The notes: generated by a model from the letters alone, not told the origin. A DNA stretch of 64,000 nt from Acidobacteriota bacterium (GCA_031361295.1 JANMCN010000229.1:5717-69716); one strand, 5' to 3'. Numbered from the stretch's first letter, positions 26,122 through 35,061 are shown. Program-made: numbers and translations.

Positions 26122-26650
26122 TGATCGTCACCGTCTTGGACTTGCCGTCACGCGTAATCGTCACGGTTACTGGCGTCGTGATGGCCTGCACGGCACCGGC
26201 GACAACCTGGCTGGCGGCGCCGTCGGGCTGGAACTGGACCACCGTGGTCGTCACCGTGGCGCCCGTCGGCAGCGTCCGGACGGGCCCGTCGAAGTTGGGG
26301 CGGGTCATGACGTCTGTGTCGGCCGCCGGAAACGGGTATGCCGACGCGAGGCAGCGGTTCGACGCGGTGTCAGCCGCGGTGCTCAGCACCTCCACGATCC
26401 GCACGTACCCCGTCGCCGGGCAGTTCGTCCGAACGCGAAGGGGCCGGTTCGAGGACACCGCCTTGATCCGTGCGTCCTGGAACTCCCCCACGACCATCCG
26501 CGCCGCGTCATTCAGCTTGATGCTGGCGGTCATGTCCTTCATGACCGGCAGCGCCACGGCGGCCATCGTCCCGACGAGGGCGACGACGAGCAGGAGCTCG
26601 ACGAGCGTGAAACCGTTCGCGGTACTGCGGGAAGACATCTCGGGTGCCAA
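26093..26650 (-). CDS. FimT/FimU/GspH-family minor pilin
   Basis: The prepilin motif is ...STANG/FTLVELLLVVALVGTMAAVALP, followed by the GspH-like DAARMVVGEFQDARIKAV. It is the first gene of the minor-pilin operon. Confidence 0.7.
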   Translation of the reverse strand: MAPEMSSRSTANGFTLVELLLVVALVGTMAAVALPVMKDMTASIKLNDAARMVVGEFQDARIKAVSSNRPLRVRTNCPATGYVRIVEVLSTAADTASNRCLASAYPFPAADTDVMTRPNFDGPVRTLPTGATVTTTVVQFQPDGAASQVVAGAVQAITTPVTVTITRDGKSKTVTINAIGKILLQ

Positions 26651-26861
26651 TTGAGCAAGAGCACGGCCATAGCGGTGTTGGCCTCGCGATCGGGCTCGCT
26701 AACCATGGGTAATATCGCGGTTTAGGGCACGGGAACGGATGTCGCGGGAGACGTCGAGATCTGGCCGGTGTGCCGTTTTGGTACCGGCGCTAACAGTTCT
26801 GGCGTCAGGCCCAGACGAGGGCCTGTTCACGGGGGTCGAGGGGGTTCGGCGCGGGACGGAG

Positions 26862-28130
26862 TCAGCCGATTCCGAGCGGCAGAGAGATGGTCAGGCGGGC
26901 GCCTCCCTGGCCCGCGTTGCCGGCCGTAATCCGTCCGTTGTGCGTGACGATAATCTTCTGCACCAGCGCGAGTCCGAGGCCGGTGCCGCGGGCTTTCGTG
27001 GTGAAGAAGGGGGTGAATATCTTCGCTGCGGCACCCGGCTTGATGCCAGGGCCGTTGTCGCTGACGGTGATGCGGAGGATGTGCTGGGAGGCGTCCTCGA
27101 CCCCATCGATCGCGATCCGCGGCGGCACGTTCGCATCCGAGCACGCCTCGAGCGCATTCCGGCACAGGTTGCTGAACGCCTGACGCAACAGCACTTCGTC
27201 GCCTTCCACCCTCCCGAAGCGGCCCGTGACCGTCACGTCGCCGCCGCGGCTCCGCGCGTCCGCGCGGATCTCCTCGGCCGCGCGATCGACGATGCCCTGC
27301 ATCTCGACCGGCGTGAGGGTGAGATCGGCCGGCTTGGCGAAGTTCAGGAAGTTCGTGACGACCTGTCCCAGCGCCTCGGTCTCATCGCGTATGCCCTGCA
27401 CGTACGGGCGGAAGTCGGCCGGCAGCTGATCGAGCGCCAGCAGCCGCGCGTAGCCATGGATCGTCGCGAGACCGTTGCGGAACTCGTGCGCGATGCCCGC
27501 GGTGAGCTCGCCCAGCCGGGCGAGGCTGTCCTTGAGCCGCAGCTGCTCTTCGAGCTCGGCGACGTCGCTCAAATCCGTGAACAGGCAGATGGCGCCGTGC
27601 GCGTCGCCGGCGCCATCACGCACCGGCGACACGGTGATGCCCAGGTGCGTGGCGCCCCCGGCGGGCCGGACCATCTGCACGGCACGCCGGACGATCGGCC
27701 GCATCACCGTGAGGCCTTCGTTCACCACATCGGAGAGCGGGGCCGCGTTCGCCAGGACGTCCTTGTAGCTCGCGCTCACGTCCGCGTCGTCGGCGATCCC
27801 GAGCAGACGCCGCCCGGCGGGATTGAGCGTTCTGACCAGCCCCCCTTCGCTGACCACGAGCAGGCCGGACGTCATGCTCGCGATGATTTCGCTGCTCAGA
27901 CGCTCGGACGCCTCCGCCCGGGCCTTCATGGCAAGCTCCTGCGCCTTCAGGGCCTGGAGGGCGTCTTCCATGGCGTTGGCCATGAACACGGATTCCCCGC
28001 GAACCGGCGTGCCCCCTTTCGCGGCCGACCGCGCCGCCGCGAAGATCTTGACGACGGCGAATGAGAGGATCCCCGCGAGCGATCCGACGATCGCGGTGAG
28101 ACCGAGGAGAAGGTATCCGGCTCGCGTCAT
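26862..28130 (-). CDS. sensor histidine kinase (N-terminal TM, PAS-like, HisKA, HATPase)
   Basis: The H-box is GIAHEFRNGLATIHGYARLL, the N-box is FSNLCRNALEA and the G-boxes are DNGPGI and GTGLGLALV. Confidence 0.9.
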   Translation of the reverse strand: MTRAGYLLLGLTAIVGSLAGILSFAVVKIFAAARSAAKGGTPVRGESVFMANAMEDALQALKAQELAMKARAEASERLSSEIIASMTSGLLVVSEGGLVRTLNPAGRRLLGIADDADVSASYKDVLANAAPLSDVVNEGLTVMRPIVRRAVQMVRPAGGATHLGITVSPVRDGAGDAHGAICLFTDLSDVAELEEQLRLKDSLARLGELTAGIAHEFRNGLATIHGYARLLALDQLPADFRPYVQGIRDETEALGQVVTNFLNFAKPADLTLTPVEMQGIVDRAAEEIRADARSRGGDVTVTGRFGRVEGDEVLLRQAFSNLCRNALEACSDANVPPRIAIDGVEDASQHILRITVSDNGPGIKPGAAAKIFTPFFTTKARGTGLGLALVQKIIVTHNGRITAGNAGQGGARLTISLPLGIG

Positions 28131-28140
28131 GGTTTCAGTT

Positions 28141-28217
28141 CTCAGCTCTGCGCTCTCAACTGTCGGCTGTCAATTCTCGGCCGACGGCTGACAGCGGTGT
28201 GCTGTGAGTTGCCGGCT
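28141..28217. repeat. degenerate heptad-phased tract (GCT every 7 nt, 11 heptads) between the sensor kinase start and the pilD stop
   Basis: It reads ctcaGCT ctgcGCT ctcaACT gtcgGCT gtcaATT ctcgGCC gacgGCT gacaGCG gtgtGCT gtgaGTT gccgGCT. There is partial dyad symmetry around tcggccga (ctgtcggctgtca / tgacagcg). Confidence 0.5.
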
Positions 28218-28986
28218 AGTAAAAACTCATATACCAGCGGATCAGCCGATCGCCGGCGAGCGAGGCCGCAAGGGCGCCAAGGGCGAGGAACGTGCCATAT
28301 GGCAGCGCGTACTTCATCCCGCCCCGTTTGAGCGCCATCACCAGAATTCCGATGAGCGATCCCGCCACGGACGATAGCACCAGCGTGACGAGCACGAGCT
28401 TCCACCCGAGGAAGGCGCCGATCATCGCGAGCATCTTGACGTCGCCGCCCCCCATGCCTTCCTGGCCGGAAACACGGAAGTACACTTCTCCGATCGCCCA
28501 CAACACCCCGCCACCGATCAGGATCCCGAGCAGCGCGTCCACGATGCCGGGGGGCAGCGCGACGCTTGCCGCGAGCCCGGCGACGATACCGGGAAGTGTG
28601 ATGACGTCCGGCAGCAAGTGATGTTCGAGGTCGATGGCAAACAGCACGATCATCGCGCACGCGAACACCAGCCGGACGACGAGGAGGGCGCTCCAGCCGA
28701 AGACCGCGCCGTGGACGATGAACACGGCGAGCGTCGCGAGCTCCAGGGCGGGATACCGGATCGAGATGGGCTCACGACACCGGCGGCAGCGGCCCCGGAG
28801 CAGCGCGTAGCTCACGAGAGGCACGTTGTCGAACCATCGCAGGGCGTAGCCGCAGTGCGGGCATCGCGATCCGGGGCGCACGAGCGACTCGCCGAGCGGC
28901 ACCCGGTGCACGCAGACGTTGAGGAAGCTTCCGACCGACAAGCCGAGAATCGACAGCACCGCCAGGTGCAACGCGGCGACGCTCAC
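28216..28986 (-). CDS. pilD: prepilin peptidase / N-methyltransferase (A24 family)
   Basis: It reads GSFLNVCVHRVPLGESLVRPGSRCPHCGYALRWFDNVPLVSYALLRGRCRRCREPIS, with the catalytic-Asp contexts AIDLEHHLLPD and GGGDVKMLAMIG. The start is the GTG at 28986, which makes a GTGA overlap. The track start is 29136. Confidence 0.9.
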   Translation of the reverse strand: MSVAALHLAVLSILGLSVGSFLNVCVHRVPLGESLVRPGSRCPHCGYALRWFDNVPLVSYALLRGRCRRCREPISIRYPALELATLAVFIVHGAVFGWSALLVVRLVFACAMIVLFAIDLEHHLLPDVITLPGIVAGLAASVALPPGIVDALLGILIGGGVLWAIGEVYFRVSGQEGMGGGDVKMLAMIGAFLGWKLVLVTLVLSSVAGSLIGILVMALKRGGMKYALPYGTFLALGALAASLAGDRLIRWYMSFY

Positions 28987-29888
28987 TGCGGCTGTCCTGG
29001 TTCGGATGGCATGGGGAACAAGGGAGACGCGGAACTGACGCGGACGCGCCCGGAGAAGGCGTCCAGACTGTACGGCGTGCCCGCCGGATCGACCGGGACG
29101 CCGCTGAGCATGCCGCGACCCGTCAACGCGTACCACGAATACGCTCCGGCGGACCGGCCCGCGCGCGCGACGATCGCCTGGAGCTGGTCAATCTGATCGA
29201 GGGCCTGGAGCTGGAGCAGCGACCGCTCCGCATTGCGGCGTATCCAGGCTTGCTCCGACCGCATCAACTGCTGCCACATGAACCGGGCGGTCGCGCGATC
29301 GCTGCTGCGCGACACCATGGAGGCCGCGACCGCCGGCAGCCAGTTCGGCGCGTGGGGCTGGCTCGCGGCGCGCTGGAACCACTCGCCGGCGGCCTTGTAG
29401 TCGTGCAGGCGCCAGTAGTACACGAACGCGATGTCGTGATAGTACTCCCACTTCTGCGGCATGGCGGCGATCCCTTTGCGCAGCAGCGTCACGGCCAGGT
29501 CGGGCCGCCCCGGTCCCCCCGGGTAGGGTTCGCCCAGGAAAATGGCGCCGAAGCGGTACGCGATGTTGAAGTAGGGGTCGAGCGACGTCGCGATGTCGAG
29601 CAGCGGGTAGAGCAGCTCATACCTGCGGGCCTGGGCCCGCTCTCGCTTCTCGAGCCGATCCCCCCCGTAATGCTGGATCGCGCGGATCCAGTAGACATCC
29701 GCCGCGAGCGCCTCGAACCCGAACGTCAACCGCTTCATCGCCGCCGGGGAACGCACATACAGCACGCGCGTTCGAGCGGCGTCGCCCCGCGGATACGCCT
29801 GGTCTCTCGCGGCCTGGAGCGCCATGGCCCCGCCGAGCGCACAGAGTGCGAGGGCCGCGGCCACCGGTCTCGTCGGTGCGGCGGTCAC
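28983..29888 (-). CDS. conserved hypothetical protein with a signal/anchor and TPR-like helical repeats
   Basis: The hydrophobic start is VAAALALCALGGAMALQAA. Helical-repeat-like segments follow (YWIRAIQHYGG, FNIAYRFGAIFLGE, YYHDIAFVYYWRLHDYKAAGEWFQRA). It is translationally coupled on both sides. Confidence 0.55.
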   Translation of the reverse strand: MTAAPTRPVAAALALCALGGAMALQAARDQAYPRGDAARTRVLYVRSPAAMKRLTFGFEALAADVYWIRAIQHYGGDRLEKRERAQARRYELLYPLLDIATSLDPYFNIAYRFGAIFLGEPYPGGPGRPDLAVTLLRKGIAAMPQKWEYYHDIAFVYYWRLHDYKAAGEWFQRAASQPHAPNWLPAVAASMVSRSSDRATARFMWQQLMRSEQAWIRRNAERSLLQLQALDQIDQLQAIVARAGRSAGAYSWYALTGRGMLSGVPVDPAGTPYSLDAFSGRVRVSSASPLFPMPSEPGQPQ

Positions 29889-30677
29889 TTGAAATCCCGG
29901 CGGGAGAAGATGAGGGTCCCGGACACCAGGAGCGCGACGATGTACAGGCCGCCGTACGCCGCGGTGGTCGCGACATAGCCGGCGGCGACCGGCAGGCCGT
30001 GCACCACCTGGGTCTTGACATCGAACGCCGAGAAATCCGGCAGCAGGTGATACACGGCCCGGGCGATCCAGATGGTGGGCCGTGAATTGACGACCTGGTC
30101 GAGATTCTTCAGATCCGCGTTGAAACGTCCGGCGACGTACAGCCCGAACGTCAGGGCGGCCGACAGCAGTGGACTCGAGAACGTCGAAAAGAAGAGCGCG
30201 ATCGCGGTCACGAGCATGAGCTCCACCGTGATGAGGACCACGGCCTTGAGGAGCGCCGGGTCCGCCGCTGGCGCTTCCCAGCCCGCCTTCATCGCCTCCG
30301 TCTCGGTCCAGCCCATGTACCCGAGCACCAGGTACAGACCAACCGTCATCGCCGCCACATTCACGGCGAGTGTCAGCACGAGCCCGGCGTACTTGCCGCT
30401 GATGAACTGTCCGCGCGTGACGGGCTTTGCGAGCAGCGCATAGATGCTCCGTCGCTCCACTTCCTTCGAGACCAGCCCGATCCCGATGAAAATGGCGATG
30501 AAGAGTCCGAAGACCGACATGGCCGCGAGCCCGAGGTCCTTGATGATCTTCACGTCCTGGCCGGCCGTCAGCTGACCGAGCACATACGACGCCCCGATGA
30601 GGAGCAGCGCAAAAATAACCAGGTTGTACAGCACGCGATCCCGGACCGACTCGCGAAACACGTTGACGGCGACGATG

Positions 30678-30691
<14 letters not shown>
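29885..30691 (-). CDS. ABC-2 family transporter permease (PilI-like position)
   Basis: This 268-aa protein has about 6 TM segments. It overlaps the ATPase gene by 14 nt. Confidence 0.8.
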
Positions 30692-31640
<949 letters not shown>

Positions 31641-31658
31641 GACGTGGGCGCAGCCAGG

Positions 31659-32849
31659 CTACTTCGCGCGCTGCAGCTCCACGGTGATCAGCGCGTCGAT
31701 ATATTCAGGGGGCACGACGCCGGGTGGCAGCTTGCGGCCGTTGAGAAAGTACGTGGGCGTGGAGGCGACGCCGAGGAGGGCGCCCATGCGGGCATCAGCC
31801 TTCACTTCCTCGAGAGCCTTCGCATACCCGCCGTTGAAGTCGGCAATCCCGCCGACGTCCTTCGCCGCGTCCCTCACCATGGACGGCGTGAGCGTCGTCT
31901 GGTGCTCGTACAGCCAGTCTTCCATCACCGCGGCCTTCCCGGTCTGTCGCGCCATGACCACGGCCGCGGCGGCCTCGCAGGCGGCGAGGTGACTGCCGTT
32001 CGGCGCATTCGGGTTGCACTCGCCTTCGAGGGGAAAGTGCCTGGCGATGAAGCGGACCTGGCCGTTGCCGGAGTACTTGGCATTCAGCCCCTTGTACGAT
32101 TCGTGCGCGCTCCGGCAGTGTGGGCACTGAAAGTCGCTGAATCCGACGAGGAGCACCTTAGCGCCATCGGGGGGAACCGACATGTCCACGCGAGGCTGCA
32201 GATCCCACCACTTGACGAGCTCGGCACGCTGCTGGTCGGTGAGCGGCGTCATCGGTGCGGCGGCGGTCTGCGCGTGCGCAGTTTCGCTCGGGAAGTAGGC
32301 GATGACCGATCCCGCCCCGACGATGTAGAGCAGCGCGAGGACGACAGCCAAGGGGCTCGAGAACAACGTACGGAAGTCGCGCGGCGCGCGGCGAGGCAGC
32401 GTGGTCATGGGGAACGTCGTGGCTCCACCGGAAATGATGAAGAGCGCCACCACCGCAACATACGTGGCCGCGCACAGCATGCAGAACGTCTTCAGTTGCA
32501 CGTAAGAAGCCCAGGCCAGGTACAGCGCGAACGCAAGGCCCACGGTGGAGAGGGCAAAGACGTACGCCGGGACGGACTCGCGCGCCCGGGACGTGTCGCT
32601 CCCTCCAATCGCGACGAGCAGGAGGACGAGCAGGAAGTAGAACACCCCCGCGACCGCGACGGGCACGCCCAGAAAGCTGCCGTACCGACTCAGGTAGGCC
32701 TGCGTGCAGCTCACCGTGGCATTCACGTCGCAGAAGCTGGTGTAGCCGGGGTTCGTCAGGAGCTTGTAGTGGACGACGGAAGATGCGGAGGCGGCCGCGA
32801 GCCCGAGGGCCGCAAAAGCGAGGAGGAGCCTGCGGCTCAAAATACTCAT
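31659..32849 (-). CDS. VKOR (vitamin K epoxide reductase) membrane domain fused to a DsbA/thioredoxin-like domain
   Basis: The VKOR loop cysteines are SFCDVNATVSCTQ and the active site is FCMLCAATY, within about 5 TM segments. The periplasmic Trx-fold domain reads GFSDFQCPHCRSAH. Confidence 0.85.
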   Translation of the reverse strand: MSILSRRLLLAFAALGLAAASASSVVHYKLLTNPGYTSFCDVNATVSCTQAYLSRYGSFLGVPVAVAGVFYFLLVLLLVAIGGSDTSRARESVPAYVFALSTVGLAFALYLAWASYVQLKTFCMLCAATYVAVVALFIISGGATTFPMTTLPRRAPRDFRTLFSSPLAVVLALLYIVGAGSVIAYFPSETAHAQTAAAPMTPLTDQQRAELVKWWDLQPRVDMSVPPDGAKVLLVGFSDFQCPHCRSAHESYKGLNAKYSGNGQVRFIARHFPLEGECNPNAPNGSHLAACEAAAAVVMARQTGKAAVMEDWLYEHQTTLTPSMVRDAAKDVGGIADFNGGYAKALEEVKADARMGALLGVASTPTYFLNGRKLPPGVVPPEYIDALITVELQRAK

Positions 32850-32925
32850 GGTTGAGGCTCAGTTGTACCGCCGCGCGGGCGCAATGGTCAAGGGCCCTGA
32901 CGCCGCCTTCAAATCCGGCCGCTCC

Positions 32926-33456
32926 CTACTTCAGTTCCGCGCCGTGAGACGGCGCGCCGGTTTCCGGCATGTTGCCGGAGAAGCTGGAGGTATCGGCAAA
33001 GACGACCCGATCGCTGTTGCTGCCGAAAAAGCGGACGCCCGAGAGCCCCGGTCGCAGCGGGTCTGCCGTCACCGAGTAGTGCTCCAGCAGCCCGTCCCCG
33101 GTGCACGACTTGTATTCCAGGTTGAGTGGCGTTCCGGCCATGGCGAACTGGTAGCCCGCCTTGACGAGCGGATCGACCGCAAGGTCCGGGCTGAGGAACG
33201 CGCTCCCGGTCGCCGGCAGCGGGACCGCGAGGCCCGCCAGTGTCGGCGCGTAACGCTGATTGCCGCAGGCCTGCGCGAAGGCGAATTGTCCCTGGTTGAC
33301 AGCGCCGAGCGTCGCGATGGCGGACGCTTCGTTACCCTGGACCCGCGCGTGGATGTAGATGGCCATGCTGATGGACGCGAGGATGCCCACAATCGCCACC
33401 ACGATGAGGAGTTCGATCAGCGTGAAGCCGCGCGAGCCGGGCGTGCGAATGGGCAT
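32926..33456 (-). CDS. type IVa pilin, divergent third copy
   Basis: The prepilin motif is MPIRTPGSRG/FTLIELLIVVAIVGILASI, and there are two Cys residues (AQACGN, YKSCTG). Confidence 0.85.
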   Translation of the reverse strand: MPIRTPGSRGFTLIELLIVVAIVGILASISMAIYIHARVQGNEASAIATLGAVNQGQFAFAQACGNQRYAPTLAGLAVPLPATGSAFLSPDLAVDPLVKAGYQFAMAGTPLNLEYKSCTGDGLLEHYSVTADPLRPGLSGVRFFGSNSDRVVFADTSSFSGNMPETGAPSHGAELK

Positions 33457-33460
33457 TCTC

Positions 33461-33496
33461 CAAAAGACAAGGGTGGTGCCCTTGCGGACACCACCC
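33461..33496 (-). terminator. rho-independent terminator after pilA copy 1
   Basis: The minus strand reads GGGTGGTG-tccgcaaggg-CACCACCC followed by TTGTCTTTTGG. The stems are 33471-33478 and 33489-33496. It begins 23 nt after the pilA stop. Confidence 0.75.
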
Positions 33497-33518
33497 TCGA
33501 GTATGACGCGAACGCGGC

Positions 33519-34055
33519 TTACTGGACGGGCGTCGTCGCGGTATTCACGGTCGCGTTGGTGTACGTCGCGCCCGTATTGTCCTGGAAAATCGTCGCGCGC
33601 TGGTCGGTGCCGAACGAGCGCTGCCCGGTCGAACCGATGGAGGACGGGTGCGCCTCGGCGAAGTACGACGCGATGGCGTCGGCCGCCGACACGTTGCAGG
33701 TGTTGGCCGCGAGCACGACGACGGTCGCCAGCAGGCCGGGGCCCGCGTTCACGATGTAGCCGCTCTTGACGATGGCGTTCGCGTTGAGGTCGGGGCTGAT
33801 GAAGCCCGCCGTGCTGCCCGCCGGCGCCTTCGCGAGGTCGGCCAGGCTCTGCGCATAGCCGCCGCTCGCGCAGCTCGACGAGAAGGTCGACTCCGCGCTG
33901 TTGACCGCGCGCATCGAGCCGATGGCCGACGCCTCGTTGCCCGACATCCGGGCGCGGAGAAGGCCGGGAATCGCGATGGCCGCGATGATACCGATAATGG
34001 CCACGACAATCAGCAGTTCGATGAGCGTGAAACCCTTTTGATTACGAACCTTCAT
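33519..34055 (-). CDS. pilA: type IVa major pilin, copy 1
   Basis: The prepilin motif is MKVRNQKG/FTLIELLIVVAIIGIIAAIAIPGLLRARMSGNEASAIGSMRA. It has two Cys residues and a Thr-rich C-terminal tail. A sigma54-type promoter lies upstream and a hairpin with a T-tract lies downstream. Confidence 0.9.
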   Translation of the reverse strand: MKVRNQKGFTLIELLIVVAIIGIIAAIAIPGLLRARMSGNEASAIGSMRAVNSAESTFSSSCASGGYAQSLADLAKAPAGSTAGFISPDLNANAIVKSGYIVNAGPGLLATVVVLAANTCNVSAADAIASYFAEAHPSSIGSTGQRSFGTDQRATIFQDNTGATYTNATVNTATTPVQ

Positions 34056-34143
34056 TTAACTCACTCCTCGAAAAATTTTGCCGCCTGGATGAACTCTTCG
34101 CCGGTCGCGCTCGGGTTAGCCCAGCGGCGACGGGAGCTCTAGA

Positions 34144-34158
34144 GCAACGGCAGTGCCG
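34144..34158 (-). promoter_or_regulatory. candidate sigma-54 (-24/-12) promoter of pilA copy 1
   Basis: The minus strand reads cGGCAC-tgccg-TTGCT, against the consensus TGGCAC-N5-TTGCW. It lies 89 nt upstream of the ATG at 34055, and a sigma54 activator (pilR) is encoded nearby. Confidence 0.65.
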
Positions 34159-34382
34159 TCGAATCGCCTGCGTCGTGCCGGCCCGGAAGTGATTGGATTC
34201 ACACGGCTTGGAGAGACTGGACCTGTCCGGGGCAGCAAATGGACTACTGACAATTTTTGACTACCCGCCAAATCCTGTCAACCGCAGGAGCGTGAAAGTG
34301 TCACCCGTTAGAGGGCAACATGACCCGAGGGGTTGGGTCGAGGGACGAAAAGCACGATCAGGCGTCCGAGCCGGCCCGGCCA

Positions 34383-34414
34383 CCAGGGAAGCGCCGTTCC
34401 GGGCGCTCCCCTGG
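34383..34414 (-). terminator. GC-rich hairpin after pilA copy 2 (no U-tract)
   Basis: ccagggaagcgcc (34383-34395) pairs at 12/13 positions with ggcgctcccctgg (34402-34414), leaving a 6-nt loop. It lies 20 nt after the stop. No T-run follows on the minus strand, so terminator function is uncertain. Confidence 0.35.
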
Positions 34415-34433
34415 TTGCGGTCGGAATCCCCGG

Positions 34434-34970
34434 TTACTGAACCGGAGTGGTCGCCGTATTCACGGTCGCGTTGGTGTACGTCGCGCCCGTGTTGTTCTGG
34501 AAGATCGTCGCGCGCTGGTCGGTGCCGAACGCGCGCTGCCCGGTCGAACCGATGGAGGACGGGTGCGCCTCGGCGAAGTACGACGCGATGGCGTCGGCCG
34601 CCGACACGTTGCAGGTGTTGGCCGCGAGCACGACGACCGTGGCCAGCAGGCCCGGACCGGCGTTCACGATGTAGCCGCTCTTGACGATGGCGTTTGCGTT
34701 GAGGTCGGGGCTGATGAAGCCCGCCGTACTGCCCGCCGGCGCCTTCGCGAGGTCGGCCAGGCTCTGCGCATAGCCGCCGCTCGCGCAGCTCGACGAAAAG
34801 GTCGACTCCGCGCTGTTGATGGCGCGCATCGAGCCGATGGCCGACGCTTCGTTGCCGGACATCCGCGCGCGCAGGAGTCCGGGAATCGCGATGGCCGCGA
34901 TAATCCCGATGATGGCGACGACGATCAGCAGCTCGATGAGCGTGAAACCCTTCTGGTTACGAACCTTCAT
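34434..34970 (-). CDS. pilA: type IVa major pilin, copy 2 (3 aa different from copy 1)
   Basis: The ATG at 34970 gives the same MKVRNQKG/FTLIELL... 178-aa protein. The track start at 35084 is over-extended. Confidence 0.9.
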   Translation of the reverse strand: MKVRNQKGFTLIELLIVVAIIGIIAAIAIPGLLRARMSGNEASAIGSMRAINSAESTFSSSCASGGYAQSLADLAKAPAGSTAGFISPDLNANAIVKSGYIVNAGPGLLATVVVLAANTCNVSAADAIASYFAEAHPSSIGSTGQRAFGTDQRATIFQNNTGATYTNATVNTATTPVQ

Positions 34971-35061
34971 TGTGTGAACTCCTGAAAATACTGTTTCTGC
35001 CGCTTGGCACGTCTTGGGGTAATCGCCGGGCCCGCACCGAGCGGCCGACATCAACACTGGA

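Noticed and set aside
26655-26669. A sigma54-like element (minus strand GGCCG-tgctc-TTGCT) in front of the fimT-like gene.
   Set aside because: It ends only 5 nt from the annotated start (26650) and 17 nt from the next in-frame Met. That leaves no room for a transcribed leader, so the spacing is incompatible with a functional -24/-12 promoter unless the gene start is quite different.
26806-26825. A 7-bp GC hairpin (caggccc agacga gggcctg) just downstream of the sensor kinase stop, considered as a terminator.
   Set aside because: The stem is short and no U-tract follows on the minus strand. The next gene (fimT-like) may well be co-transcribed or have its own promoter here, so the evidence is insufficient either way.
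33519-34970. The two pilA copies as an assembly duplication artefact or a pseudogene pair.
   Set aside because: Both ORFs are intact, with a leader peptide and two Cys residues. They differ at ~33 mostly synonymous sites and have clearly different flanking sequence, which is not what a collapsed or duplicated assembly would produce.
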